Source: Sphaerodactylus townsendi
Lineage: Eukaryota
Assembly (NCBI RefSeq): GCF_021028975.2
Contig: NC_059432.1
Span: 7,874,001-7,938,000, forward strand
Direction: 5' to 3'
Length of the DNA stretch: 64,000 bases
Part shown: piece by piece, positions 1 through 14,346 of the stretch
Numbering within the stretch: position 1 is the first letter of the stretch
Layout of the letters: each line of letters opens with the position of its first letter
Translations under genes and position numbers: made by a program
The notes under the pieces: model-generated
What the model saw: the letters and a program-made list of their open reading frames with translations, nothing else
Database searches by the model: none
Told to the model about the DNA's origin: nothing

Positions 1-406
1 GAAAATTGGCTGTGATTCTAAAATCGTGTGTTCTTGTCTTCCAAAACAGCTCGCTGAAAATAAAAAAGGGAAAACTATATATTGGCTGAGCAGAGTGCAG
101 CCGTGTACTTTCTGGGCTAAAAAGGCACCCAGGATCAGAGCCTGCAGAGCAAACGTTCCAGGGGAGCCTGAAGCAAAAAACTGCAAGCAAGGGGAATCTC
201 TGCAGATTCCCACGAAATGTTAGCACTAGCAAGAGAGCTTTAGTGGTCAGGCAGGAAAAATAAGATGTCTCCTCAGCTCCACACAGCAAGAGGAGACAAC
301 TTGCAGCCAACTGGGGGGGTGGGGGGGGGAGGCAGTAGTTTTGTGTCTTTAAAATAGGACGGCTCAAGCAGAAATAAAGGATCCTGCAGATGTCTTGGGG
401 AAAAAG

Positions 407-590
407 CTGTGCAGAAAACCCTCCTGACAGTCTGTCTGATAGTGGAATGCACTCCCTCGGAGTGTGGTGGAGTCTCCTCCTTGGGAGGTTTTTGAAGAGA
501 GGCTGGATGGCCATCTGTCAGGAGTGCTTTGATTGTGTGTTCCTGCATGGCAGGGGGTTGGACTTGATGGCCCTTGGGGTCGTTCTATCA
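407..590 (+). mobile_element. CR1 LINE 3' end fragment
   Basis: 3' UTR ...gtgctttgattgtgtgttcctgcatggcagggggttggacttgatggccctt, shared with the CR1 tails at 44860-44925 and 49630-49700. Confidence 0.8.
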
Positions 591-1079
591 ATTCCTCCCC
601 AAGATGCCCCCCCCCTTTTTTGCATTCTCAGGACGTCTTATTTGTGCTGTGCAGAATGGGCCACCAGGCGAATGGCCAGGACCCATCCAGTGGCTACGTG
701 GGCAAGGAGGGTAGATGAAAGAGAGCCATTTCTCCCATTGGAGAAAACACACAAAAACACACACAGCCCCAAAGAAGCCAGGCATGTTCAAGGGAGCTGT
801 TCTGTGCCATATTGTCAGATTCCACACAGAAGCCGGGGCACTTTGAATCCAGGGAATTCAGCAGCTGAGCAATGCTGGCTTCCTTCTGTTTCTGGGCAGG
901 CCAATTCACAGCAAGCCAGAAATACCCTGGAGGAGGAGGAAAGATGTCTGCTCAGCAGCAGCATTTGGGGGGAAGGTTGGGGGGAGTCGTGGCCATGTCT
1001 TCCTAGTCAAAAGATCTATCTAAGATGACAAAACACATCCAACATGGCAAGCCTCAAAGATTGAGTGACATGAGACTCA

Positions 1080-1220
<141 letters not shown>

Positions 1221-1649
1221 CTAGAGGTGGAAACAGGGTGGGGGTAAAAGGATCATCAGAAACAAGCCCAAGGCAGGACCCCCAGGGTGAAATGCACGAT
1301 GCCCGGCTGTCACTTCCCACGGCTCTTTCAAAAAGGCTTCCGCAAATTCACCCAGAATGTGGGTCACTGGTTCTCATGAGAAGTGTGGGCCCAAGTCGCT
1401 GTGGCTCCCAACAGCCTACTTCTATTGTCTCTGCCAAGCAACGTGGACACTTGTCTCAATTTTCTTTCCCACCTTCTAAAAATTCTTTTCTACCTTGTTT
1501 TTGACCTCACATTTTTTACGGAGGTATCTGGAACATAGAGGAGCTTCCTGAGAACTGCCCATGGATTTGTGGTGTGCGTGCGTGCGTGTGTGCGTGCGAG
1601 GGAGGGAGGGAGGGAGGAAGCCATCCACAGTTGTACTACAGCTTGCTTA

Positions 1650-1934
<285 letters not shown>

Positions 1935-2865
1935 TCAAAGCCGCCAGGATAACTAGCTGTGTATGTGCAGGAAGAACACTCCAGGGAGACGCTGCCCACC
2001 AGATCACGGCCTCATCAGTGGATCTTTGGGAGGGAAGCTGCACGGCTCTGGCAGGCCAGGAACTCCCGAAGCTGCCAGACGTGGGCCCTTCAAGGCCAGC
2101 CTTGTCTACTTGGACGGGCAGCCGTTTTTCCCAGGCTCCGCCTTTCATATCATCTGCTGCCAGATCCTTTAAGAGGAAGTGCTGGAGGTTTGACGTGGGG
2201 TCCTCTGCACACCCAACAAATGCTCTGCCGCTGAGCCAAAGCCCCCAAAGCCCCATTGTTGGCCCACAAAGGTATTCTCTACGTTTAAATTATGCAGGGG
2301 GTTTTCAACCCTTTATCCGTTGATTCTTAGATCTGTAAGGATGAATGGAGTGTGGCTTACCCATGCGAATGCATGTGACTAGATTTGTGTTACTTTCAAG
2401 AAGGTGCATGTTTTAAGCTATCTATTTTGTGGTGTTTGTCATGGTCTTTGAATTTCAACACGGTCCCTTTCTTCTTCTTGGAGACATGCAGGGCATTTAA
2501 AAGTTTAATGTGCACTCAACCACTACTGAATTTATTTTGGAGGACTTTCAGCTGAGAGAGGCCACAGCAACACTTCCCTTGCCCTGTGTCTTACGGGAGG
2601 ACCTCTGGTGCACAGATGCCTGACACGAGGGTTCATGTGCACTAAGGGGTATGGGGGGAAGGGCTATCCCCTCCCCTCCCAGCCAGCCCTGGAATGTGTG
2701 GTAAGCAAAAGACGGACAGGCCCACCCTCTTCTTTCTTTCACACCACCATGGATCTTCTTGGGGACCCAGCTTCCCGGCTTCTGCTGATTCTCTTGAGGT
2801 GACTGCTCAGTTCCAACGCACACAGCTCCCAGTCTACCTCCAGCAAGCAGCACATGCATTCCTCA

Positions 2866-3102
<237 letters not shown>

Positions 3103-6100
3103 TCATAGCTGCAGTCTTATCAGCTTTCTGTCTGGATGCAGAGATAGAAATACCGGAGCATCCTATGTGCCTAAGTTTGCAGACTGATCTGGCTATTCCA
3201 GCGATCTCTGCCAAATGTAACTGCTGGGTGAAGCTAGCCAGCAGCGACACACACCCCGCCATGGGTGGCCTTGAGACAAAGTCAACCCTGTAAACTTTGT
3301 AGAGCAAATGGGTTTCCTACTGGACTCTAAATAAGGGGCCAGATCCCCTACTGTGGTGGCATACTTCTCACTGGCAGCCCTTCTTGCCTCCTGTTGCTTG
3401 GATTGGCTGCAGGAAAAAATTAAATAAAATGCTTGCATCACACACAGCATGATGTCACTTCCAGGGAAAAACATGTAAGTGGCATCACATCACTCTAGGA
3501 ATAACTGGAAATAACTGGTTTTGCCGTAGAGTTGCTGGTGATTCCTCAAGTAATGTGACATGGCTTGTGAGTTTCCCCATAAGTGGCAACATGCCCTTAT
3601 GTCTTTGCTCCCCAAGCTGCCAGGTGTAGCAACCCTGACTCGAAGCTGCTGCTGCCCTGAAAGTCAAAGGCGAGGGGTCAGCTGGGCCCACATGAGTTTC
3701 TCTGCTGACCTAGGACTACTGATCCACTACGTTGGCGTCTCACTGCCTTGTGTGGGTCTGGGCAGCCAGGCCGATTGCACTGTCTTATCTTGTCCTCTGG
3801 AAAAAGGTCTGGGTGTGGCTGCATCTTCAAAGTTTTACTGAACACGCACTGGGAGCTCCTACACATTTTTATGCTACTTTTGTGTGTGCATGATTTGAAT
3901 TGGAGAAAAGGAGTTTAGCCTTCTAACGGAAACAGCTCCATACCCAGACCTGGCATTCGCAATTAATAATGAGTTTGTCATAAGGGAGCTTATACCCTAG
4001 CATGAAAAATGTCTGGGAGCACCAAATATATCTCCCAGTACGTTACCAAACTTTGGGGTTGTTTTTATCCCAAGACCTTTTCCTGGTGGTTCAGAAAAGA
4101 GTGGAGAGCCCAGACTCACAGAAGACTGCAGGACTTCAGCGTCATCTCTACGGCATAGTTTCATAATTAAATGTTACATACTAACTACACAATACATTTA
4201 TTATGGAAATAATCAATGCAGACACACTCAGTGTCCCCTACTCACGGGGTGAGTGGGGGGGGGGGTGAAAGGTGGGGAGGAGGGCCCCAAGATTTCCACC
4301 AGCCCTCCCCAGTCACCAGCCCTCCTCAGCAGCTGCAGCCACAACTGAAACATGAGCTTCCCACAGCACTGAGCATAGTGCTGCCTTTCCTTTAAAAATG
4401 TGATACAGTCCACCCCCAAGGGCAAGTTCCTACTACTCTGTTCACTTGGGAGTAAGGCCCACTCAGCAAAGATCTGGGTTTTCCATCATAATGGTCTCTT
4501 AGGACATATTTGTATTCTCCATCTCCTTCCACAGGTTAATCAATAAACTCTTTCCTACTCCCTTGTGATGCTGGAATGCCATTGATCCTTTTGATCTATT
4601 CCTTTTTCCTGGAGGAAGTGAGGTTTGAGCGACTCATTCCCCCTTTTCAGCCTGCAACATGGTTTATTTTTATAAAGTTGTTTATTTAAAAAAACCTACT
4701 ACCATAAATGCATGGCTACAACATTACAACCATTTTTTAAAAATCAAAATCTTAATGAGTACACAGTGAAATGCTTTAACTGGCCGCTTCCCTCCAGAGA
4801 AAAGGAACTGATCCATGCTGGAATGCAGAGAGTGAACAGGAAGCTACTAAAGACACTGGATGAACAGAAGAGAAGGGAGTGTTGGAAGGGACAGAGGCCC
4901 TGGGAGCCCTTTGTAGACCCACAGGTGGAAAGCAGCGATGTAGATCTGACGCCATCTATAAATAAGGGGTGTGATATATTGCTGCTACTGTTTTAAAGGG
5001 ATTTTAATGTGATTTTCTAATGGTTTTTGTACTCTGTTGAATATTGTTTTGCTGTTTGTTGATTTTATTGTATACTACCCAGAGCCCTCCGGGGCTAGGG
5101 CGGTATATTAAATCTAATTAATAATAATAATAATAATCTGAAATTGCACCTTACGTGAGAGAAGAAAACAGCCCTAGCACAGGTCTGAAAAAGATGGAAA
5201 AACAAAACAGAAAACACTGGCATGCAGCAGAATGACAATATCACCTGGTTTTCCCACAAAAAAACTAGGGTGAAAAGATACTGCCTATTCCAGGCTAATG
5301 TGGACGCATCCTGGCAGGCACAAGCAGAGCTCAGCAAGCTCAAAACAGCTCTGCGGGGCCTGCAAGACGGAGTTGTTCTGCTGGGCTTCTGGAGAAGTCA
5401 GCCGTTGAAGGTGCCACTCCCTCCATCTTATATCCCATCTAGCTGCATATCTACTGTTTTGACTGCCCTCGGTGAGTTACTTGTGGGTGCTGCCATGCCA
5501 TCTTATTCTATGGAGTTAGGGTTGGATTTTGTTTTATGGTTTTAGCTAGAAATTTTAATGGTTATGTTTTAATTGGCTTGTACACTACCCAGAGCCCTTC
5601 GGGGGTGGGCAATATATTAAATTTAACGAATTAATAAATTGATAAATAAATAAATAAATAAAACCTCCACTGGATTCTCCCTTGTTGAAGTGTGTGGTGA
5701 TTCCTTGATTAAGAGAACAGTTTTCAGAGAGGAGGAAAAAAGGAAAGGCTTAAAAAACAGCAACAGGTGCTTTGGGGGAGATGGCTGCCTGCCATTGCTC
5801 TGTCCTCTGCAGACTGCCCTCCGGTCAAAGCTCATTGGTTTCAGCGGACCTAAACTGGAGTAATGCTGCATAGGACTGCACTGTCAATGCCAAACGGGAC
5901 ATTTCAGCACCCTCACAGTGGCCAGGAGGAGGCTCCCATTTTAAAATCATTTCTAAATGCTCCCAGGCCCTGGTCCAACCTGCAGCACGGCACTCCTCAT
6001 ACTTTCCCAAGTTTGGAAACTGCTGAAGAGTGTGGGTGGGTGGGTGTGCAGCCATTTTGGCACTTTGACCAGGGGGCAGGCAGGGCAAAGGACAGGAGCC

Positions 6101-7157
6101 CTCAGCCTGCTGCTGCACGGAAAGCCAGGTGAGGTTCTGACCCTCAAGGCCTGTTCCGCTGACTTTAAGGGGGCAGCACCACCAGGACCCCGTCAGAGCG
6201 AGTGTCGCCCTCAGCCAAAAGGGAATCCTTCTTTTAAACTGTCCAAAAAACTGCAGGGAATGAAGAAAAACAAACAAACAACAATCTCTTGATATCATAA
6301 GAACTATTCGATGAGACAATCTCACATCGATTTACACACAGAACTGCAGCCGCCCCAGAAGAGACCGACCTTGCGGAGTCTCTTCCGACTGTGGTTTTTG
6401 TGCCAGGCTCCCTGCTGCAGAGGCACAGCCAGAAAAGGACAAACCAAGTTTTCAGCGCATCCCGTTGCTTCAGAACAAAAGCATAATCTGCACACAGGCC
6501 AAAAGAAAGCGGCACAGCCTGTCCACAAGCCACAGATGGGAACCGGCGAGGGCCAGAGTTGTCTGCCAGAGCCCCTGACTGCCCAGAACTCCCTGCTGTG
6601 CTGCACCACTACCCAAAAACACAACATTTTGAAGGGCAATTTAACCCTGAGAGTGCCAAGACCCCACCTGGGGGGCTTGCCATACATTCCTGTCCAGCAG
6701 AGGCCGGGAGAATGTGCCACCTGACGGACGTGTATTTCTTTTGATTGCTTTGCTTTGCATTAGACTCTGCTTGCTGTTTAAAGGAAACGTTTTTTCCTCT
6801 GAGCCAGGCAGCTACTGGCTTCTTATTGGGCTCTGACCTTGGAGAAGCGGCACAGCCTGGAAAGGGAAGCTGCGCCTGTGGGACGGGGCAAAGAGTCTTA
6901 ACTAGTGGAAAGGACACTTGAATTTCAGTTTCAGCAACGCTTGAGTGCAGCCTGTTCATTACTCCAATGCAATAAACTGATTTTGTTTGAACCAGACTCT
7001 GGTCATTGGGGAGGAGGTTGACAGCCATGGCGTTGAGTTAAGTTCTGCAACCAGTTACACAATCCTGCATCTGAAGATCTACTCCATTAAACTCTTCACA
7101 TCTCTGGCAGTTCCAGGAAGGCACACATCCCCCACCCCCCGCCCACCCAGCACTCAC

Positions 7158-7238
7158 CTAAGTGCCTGGTCCAGACTCATGCCAGTGAATTCAAAGAACT
7201 TCAGGTACTCCCCTGCAACCATCTTACTAAAATCGTTA
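7158..7238 (-). CDS. PSD: PSD coding exon 6 (81 bp, Sec7)
   Basis: Read manually; not in the ORF track. ttccag|T then NNDFSKMVAGEYLKFFEFTGMSLDQALR; donor AG|GTGAGT. Confidence 0.97.
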
Positions 7239-7654
7239 CTGGAAGGGAAAGAGAAAACACCTTTAAAAAAAAGAAAACTGAGAAGAAGAGGTGAAGGGGC
7301 ACATCATAGCAAGACCGGACTCAGGTAACAAGTCAGTGGTTTTTGAGGCGTTTGCATGCCTCCCCTGGTCAGGAGATTTTTATTCTCCAGAGACACCACA
7401 CATCACGACTGCACTGGGATGGTGTGGGTGCTGCCGTTCGGCTAGAGGAAGAGCAGCATGGACATGCAATGCCTGGCCACCCCATCAGCGGCCACCTAGC
7501 CCGAGAGGCAGGGCTCACAGGCCTCCTCTGCTGTTCTCCGCAGAATGGTTCTACGGGAAGGAAGCAGGCTGCCCAATGGTCACAGGGGGGGAGTGAATGG
7601 AGCTGGGGGTGGGGTGGGGGGGAAGCAGCCTTTTCTCCTAATACCCACACGTAC

Positions 7655-7849
7655 TTCTTCCCCAAGTGGCGGGACACGTCTGCCTTCTTGAAGCCGTCCA
7701 GATTGTACAGTCTTTTTGCCAGGCGTTTGGCTGCCTCCAGATCCGCCTTGTGCCCATTGGAGAGGGTGTCGGTGCTGCCCAGGGCCAGCTGTTCGGTGCT
7801 GTCCATTTCGGAGTCCGAGTCAGAGACCTGCTGGCTGAGCGGGTGCTCA
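7655..7849 (-). CDS. PSD: PSD coding exon 5 (195 bp; start of Sec7 domain)
   Basis: ttcag|T acceptor; SEHPLSQQVSDSDSEMDSTEQLALGSTDTLSNGHKADLEAAKRLAKRLYNLDGFKKADVSRHLGK; donor AA|GTACGT, phase 2. Confidence 0.97.
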
Positions 7850-8689
7850 CTGAAGGGGGGGAACACACATACACACACACACACGTGTCAAGGAGATGTG
7901 GCACGGCAGTGGCCTTGGACCCCATGATGTTTCATGGAAAATGCTTCAAGGTGATTTTTTTTGCCTCTCTGAGAACCAGGCAAATGGTTTCATTGGAAAG
8001 CCAAGAGGCATCTTGACACCCATGGGGATCTATCCCACCAAGCAATGCCTTGGTTGCAAAAGCATATCCGCTGATTCCCCCTTCCCACTGCAGAACCCCA
8101 CTTTGCCCCCTATTCCTGAGAGTCCACTGACACAGGACACGTCTGCTGTTGACTGCAGCAGGCAAGTCCCACTCCACTAATATTGTGGATCTTGAATATG
8201 CATGATTATGTTGAACATCTGGAGTCCAAACAGCAAGCCAGCTACAAGTGGGGCCAGGGGCCCAGGGCATGGTCCTAGACAAGGCCATTCGAGGCCCCTC
8301 TGACTAGTTCTCCCTCCTGTTGAAAATCCACCAAAAGACATTTGGAAGCCATGGGTGGGGGGTGGGGACAGGTGGAAACATCCTTGAGATGTGGTCATGG
8401 TCTTCATGGAGAAGTCATCCCAACTGCAAAAAACTGACAGAGGAATAAGTGGTCTCAGGTGGCAAGGGGGGGGGGGAGAGTCTCAATTGACCCTAAAGTC
8501 CACCTTCCTGGAGGACGGTGCTACAGCCAAAGGAACCATAAACCTGAAGCCTTAGTCTCATTTTTCATAACTGATCTCCAGCCCCAAAACATGATTTATT
8601 TGATCTGTATCCCATCCTTTATCCAAGGAGATTAGAGCAATATATGGAGCTCTCCCATGCCCATTTCATCCTTCCAATGATGCTGTGAA

Positions 8690-8940
8690 GTGTTTGCACT
8701 GTCACTCACACGGTCAGGAGTTCGAGCCCCCTGTGGGTCAGATATCCTGGCAGCTGGCTCATGGTGAACTCAGCCATCCATCCATTCCTTGGTCGGTCAG
8801 TGAGTGCCTAGCACATAGCTAGGGGGCAAAGAATAGCCAGGAAAAGCAATGGCAAACCCACAAAAGAAACTTGTCTATGAAATCATTGCTTGCAGTGGTA
8901 CCCCAGGGTCGGACACGACTGAAGGGGAAACCTTACCTTT
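8690..8940 (+). mobile_element. Sauria-type (Squam1-like) SINE, degenerate
   Basis: B-box-like ggagttcgagccc, aactcagccatccatcc body, gcaatggcaaacc and BovB-like tail ggtcggacacgactgaa. Confidence 0.55.
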
Positions 8941-11418
8941 ATGCAAGGCTGAGAGAAGAATTGGGCTAAGGTCACCCAGTGAACCTCTGGTGGGAGGGGA
9001 AATGGGATATAAATATTTGAATAAATGATAAACCTAGGCAATGTGGTGGAATTCAGAGAGTCTCTGCAGAAAACATTTTCATGCCTTGTTCTCCTCCATA
9101 GGGAGATTTAAATTAATGGATGGTGTCGACCAGAATGGTGAACGGTCACCCTGGGCCCAACTCAATTCTGCCTGAAACCGGCCAAAATATTATAGAAAGA
9201 TTGCTGGCATTTGTCTATGTATTATTTAATTAGGTTTATATTCTGCCCCTTCCTATACAAGCTTGGGGCAGTTTCCAACATTTCCACAATCCATATGGCA
9301 GTTAAAACATAGAATTCCAACCACGTAATTTAACTTCCAACAATTAAAACCCATAACAATTTAAAATTTAATCCAATTGTTTCATCTCAAGATGGCACTT
9401 AATTCCTTTCACTCCAGTTGAGGGAGAAGGAAGGGGAAAGATGAAGGGGAAAGGGCATCCATCCATAAGGGAAAACTGCTGTTGAAGCTTGTACAAGACC
9501 TTACAAACTGTAAGGGCTAAGATGGCGAGAGATCTGAGAGGGGATTTCCCTCTTTGTGAAAATAGTTCAAAGTAGCTCTGGAAGGGGAGAGAGAACCAGG
9601 GCAGGCAGCTCAAATAGCTTCCCGCAGCGCGGTTTTCCTGATCTCAATTGCCCACCAAAGCAACTTGTTCTGTGGGCCAAAGCATACAATATGGTGGGGA
9701 GTAAACAAACAAACCTTGGGAAACAGCTCTTTCCCTGACATGCTCCCACTGTCTTTATCTTTGAAAATGCAAGTGCCCCATGTTGGTGCTCAATGATGCT
9801 TCCCAGAGGCCACTTTTTCTGCCTATGACAGGTGTGGAGAAACATGCATAAAACATACAAGCATGTTGTTATGTCTGAAACTCGTGTATCAACAAGTTCA
9901 TGTGGTGACTACTGAATGTCACAGAGGCTCAGAGTGTTGCTGCCGGCCCATGTGAGATTGTTTCTGCACACTGGAGTTACTCCTGATTTTTTTCGGAGTT
10001 GACCCACAAGTGCTGGAATCTATTTGGGCAGGACATCTATGTCAAGACCCTGTCAAGATTTCAGCTCTTTCCTGGTTCTTGCCATGAGACTATGGGATGG
10101 GCTGGGAGAAGGTGGTTCCGTGGAAGTCCTTAGCATAGTATGCTAGTAAGCCTATGCTTGTTGTGTTTTCAGATTTAGGCACACTGCAACTTCTCTCACC
10201 CCTCAAGGCAGCCAGCGCATGGGCCTTATCTCTGTTTTGATTTTGGAGGCTTTGCACAGCCTGAGAATGCTCCTAGTGATTTGACCCCGCTGGTGGAAGG
10301 GGCTAAATGGGTGCTTAGGGAAGGGATATTAACCAAAGGTTGTGTAGTGGAACTCAGCCCCAGCAAGACTTGCTTGTAATCTGTTTGCAGTGTTCCTATC
10401 AATACACCAATTTCAGAATCCATGAGTCTGGTTATTGCAGATCCTGACAATCTACCTCCATGTGCATTTTTATAGTTGTGGAGCCAGTTTATTTTCTTCC
10501 ACATTTGGTTTAAAGAATAAGGATTTTCAAGGGAGGGGGCTGTCGTCGGTGGAGTCAGAGCACACCGCCCCTTATTTTTAAAAAAGAATCAGCTCCTGTG
10601 TTACAATGATCGTTTAAGGACATTCTTAGAACTCCCAGGTTTCATTTTTTGAAAAAGGAAGTCTCTGGCCCAGGAGTCCCAGTACATGGCCAGCAGGAGC
10701 CAAGAATCCACCAAGACCTGTTCTGATATATCTGCCAGGGAAGCAGCCAGAGACTGACTTAAAAAAAAAATGAAGGTGGGAATTCAGAGAACCTGAACTA
10801 TCGTTGTAACACTGCTTAGTTTAGGCCTTTTAAAAAAATGGAAATGGCTTGCCTGACGGGTGGGGAGAGGAAGTGGTTTAAAGTTGATGATAGTTCAATC
10901 ATTGAAAAATGTGCTGGAAGTGGGTGGGACGAAGAAGCCAATAAAACATTATGCACTAGGAAAAAGACAATTCAGAATTGACGTTCAGAAAAAAACATTG
11001 AGGTTAAAGTGATCTCAAAAGAACTGGGAAAAGGGGGGGCAGTTTAAAAAATCCTAAAGTTAAAATTGAAAGCACAAAAAGCCACAGAAATCATTCAAGA
11101 AACAGAAGCTGTACAGGGCCAGAGCTGACCGGGGGTGGGTGGGACCCATGAGGAAAAGTCCAGAGCATCTTCCATGTCAGGGAACTTTCTCATTGAAAGA
11201 TCCAAGTCACCAACTTTTTTGGCAAAAATTTCCCCTCTCCTTATTGGTAAACTATATTCTACTTTTATCTGGGGTTGTTTTAATTATTAATGTAAGCCAC
11301 CTTGAACCAAGAGGAAAGGTGGGATATAAATGTTGTAATGAATGAACGGAACAGAACCATGTGTAAGCCCTTGCTAAACCCAGAATTTTCAGACAATGGC
11401 TTGGTTTCAGTGTTGCTA

Positions 11419-11678
11419 AGCATGGTATAGTGGTTGGGAGCAGGTGGACTCTAATCTGAATAACTGGGTTTGATTCCCCACCCCTCCATATCAACTCTTA
11501 CCTGGTGAACAAGATTTGTTTTCCCACTCCTCTATTCCTGCTGGGCTAGTCCCAGTTCTCTCAGGACTCTCTCAGCCCCACCTACCTCACAAGGTGTCTG
11601 TTGTGGTGAGAGGAAGGGAAAGGAGTTTGTAAGCTGCCTTGAGTCTCCTTACAGCAGAGAAAGGTAAGGTATAAATCC

Positions 11679-11742
<64 letters not shown>
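11419..11742 (+). mobile_element. Squam3-like tRNA-derived SINE with long (AAT)n tail (11684-11742)
   Basis: A box tggtatagtgg, B box ggtttgattcc, body ctctcagccccacctacctcacaaggtgtctgttgtg shared with copies at 40370, 47416 and 59780. Confidence 0.8.
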
Positions 11743-11743
<1 letters not shown>

Positions 11744-12091
11744 GCCAACAACCAGCTAAAGATCTGGCAGCTGTGAAAACCACCACCACCACCACCACCA
11801 CCATACTTCAACGTCTATGGCACAAACCAGCGGAGGTCATCCCAGTGGTAATTGGCACGCTGGGCGCCATCCCGAAAACACTAGGGCAGCACTTGAAAAA
11901 TCTTCGAATTGACAAAATTAACATCTGTCAAATCAGAAGGCAGCCCTACTGGGATCTGCACAAATACTGCCAATACATTACAACTTCCTAGGCTCGAATT
12001 GTAATGAAGCTTGAATTGTTCTGTGAATTGTAATGAAAGGCCAACAGCCAGCTAAAGATCTGGCAGCTGTGAAATCTACCATAATAATAAT
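11743..12091 (+). mobile_element. Dong/R4-type non-LTR retrotransposon 3' fragments (two in tandem)
   Basis: ORF remnant LQRLWHKPAEVIPVVIGTLGAIPK...IDKINICQI resembles the R4/Dong restriction-like endonuclease C-terminus; 3' UTR ggccaaca.ccagctaaagatctggcagctgtgaaa occurs at 11743 and 12039; flanked by (TAA)n. Confidence 0.7.
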
Positions 12092-14257
12092 CAGCACACC
12101 TTTGGCTCCAGCTGCAATGGGGTCTCCTCAGGTTCAATCAGTTGCAAAACCAGAAGATGACATAGATGAACCAGAGGGGCTTCCCTCTCCCTCACGGGAG
12201 CCCATCCCAGTCCTGGCACTGAATTCCAATCTGATTCTCATCTCATTCATTCCTTTCACTACAGGAGCAGGCGAAGGCTGAATGAGCTGGGATGAAAGCA
12301 ACTACACACCTTTATTCACATATTCTCTCTGTGTTAGTGTATGTGTTTTAAGTGACCAGAAGCAAGCAGTGAGGGACCACTGACACACTCACAGTTTGAA
12401 GGAGCTGGAGCTTCTAACCTCAAGTTTTCCAGTTTACAAAAATGACAACTCAGTTGGGGCATCAACGGGATCTATGCATGGGGTGGAAGAAGGAGGGGGG
12501 GAGAACTTCTCCCTTTCCTATAATACTAGAAACGTGGGGATCCTAATGACATTGACAAGTAAATTCAGGTCAGACAAAAATAAATGCTTCAGTGACTGGG
12601 GGAACCATAGAGATGGACTCATGGAAGAGGAGCTCATCTGTGGCTACTAGCCATGGCGACTGAAGGGAACTTCTGTAATAAGTCTGTGGCAGTAGGCCTC
12701 GAAACACTGATGCCCGAAGGCAGCCATGGGAAGGTCGTGGCCTCTTTGCCCTGCTTGTCGGCACTCCAGGGATGCTGCTGGTACCGTAGAATGCAGGGCT
12801 AGATGGGCCCTCACTGGGTGATCCAAGGAGGCGCCTCTTCCTCTCTCACCCAGCCCCTTTCCAACATGGGGAATGAGCCAGGCTGGGGAGAAGAGCACAC
12901 TTGAAGCACAGAGGACCTTCATCCATCGGCACACTCTTTTTAACCACAAGAAGGCTCCCTCTCTGAGGGGGAGGGGCCTCTGCTGGGCATGAAGAAGGGT
13001 GCAGGTTCCGATCCTGGCACCCAGTTAAAAGGGCCCAGCAACAGGTGACTGGAAAGGCCCTTCCTGAGACCCTGCAGAGCCCCTGTGCTCAGTGCGACAG
13101 ACTGCAAGGCAGCTTCACATGTTCACTTGACACAAGAAAGGGGAGGCCCGGTTGCTGCTCTTGCTCAGCCCCCAGCTGCATTTGTCTGAACAGCTCCCTG
13201 ACACTTCCTGTTCCGACTGAACTCCCCAAGAGAAATGCAGAGTTGCAGGGAAGGTTGCAGGATGAACAAAAGGAGCAGGCCAATTCCGTCCCTCCCACTC
13301 GGCAGTGCGCCAGGGCTCCTTCTCTCCCCCTCCCCACCCCCGTGGCTTCTTTCTCCCACGCCTCGTGGTCAGCCACTCGAACTCAGCTCAGCTCTGCAGC
13401 CCCCTCCCAACAGTCCCACGATGGGGGATGCTGCCAGACCCTCCTTGTTGCCAGGCACCCACTCTCTTCCTGCGTGCTTCTCGTTGCCATGGCACCCACT
13501 TCTAAGGTAGGCAGAAGCAGCACAGAGCCGCCAGCACAAGCTGGCTCTGGTTAGCAAACTCTGTTTGGAAACATGCCCATCAGTATGACAAACAGCACAG
13601 ATTTTGGCCTACTCAAGTCAACAACACCACAGATGACCATGCTGTATGTGTGTGGGGCGGGGGAGCAGAGCCCCAGGCGTTGGCATAGCCAGCATCAAGG
13701 GAGGGGGCAGACTCTGCTTCCATGTTGCAGCCTTTCCCCCCACGGTGCAGCTGCATTTGTTTGCACCCTCGGAGAAGAAATGAGGTGTGGGAGGGCCTGA
13801 ATGGCTGCTCACAGGGCCACAGCACTGGCACAACCTGCCTCCCAGCCCGGCAGTGGCTCTGGAAGCAGCAATGGGCCGCCATTCATTTCCACAGCAGGAA
13901 GGAAAGCAGGCCATGCGTTCTGCCCTCTGGCACCAGAGCGTGGCCCGAGTGAGCTGGGCTCCTCCTGCCTCTTGGTCCTGTCCCTCTCCATGTGTGTCCA
14001 CGGTCCTCTGCCCCAGTTCCTCGCCCCTGCGGCCACCCACGGGTCCGGCAGCCAGGAGAGAATCACTGCCGAGGTCACCTCTCCATAGCCGGATACTGTT
14101 CAAGCATGGACCGCGGGGGAAGCTACTGCTGCTGCTGCACCAAAAAGCTCTGTGAAGCCTTGGGACTCAAACACACAAACATGAAAAGTGCTTCCTAGGA
14201 GGCGTCTGAGCCCTGGCCGAGAGATGGCTGTCAGGTTCAGGACAGGCTGTGAGGCAC

Positions 14258-14260
<3 letters not shown>

Positions 14261-14346
<86 letters not shown>
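14261..14346. repeat. (GGCA)n tetranucleotide microsatellite
   Basis: About 21 perfect GGCA units. Confidence 0.95.

Noticed and set aside
390-1028. 212-aa plus-strand ORF and the many other 60-230 aa ORFs in the track (for example 36503-37195, 47655-48317, 60234-60926)
   Set aside because: No recognisable domains; they overlap repeats, microsatellites or the antisense strand of PSD exons, as expected by chance in GC-rich vertebrate DNA.
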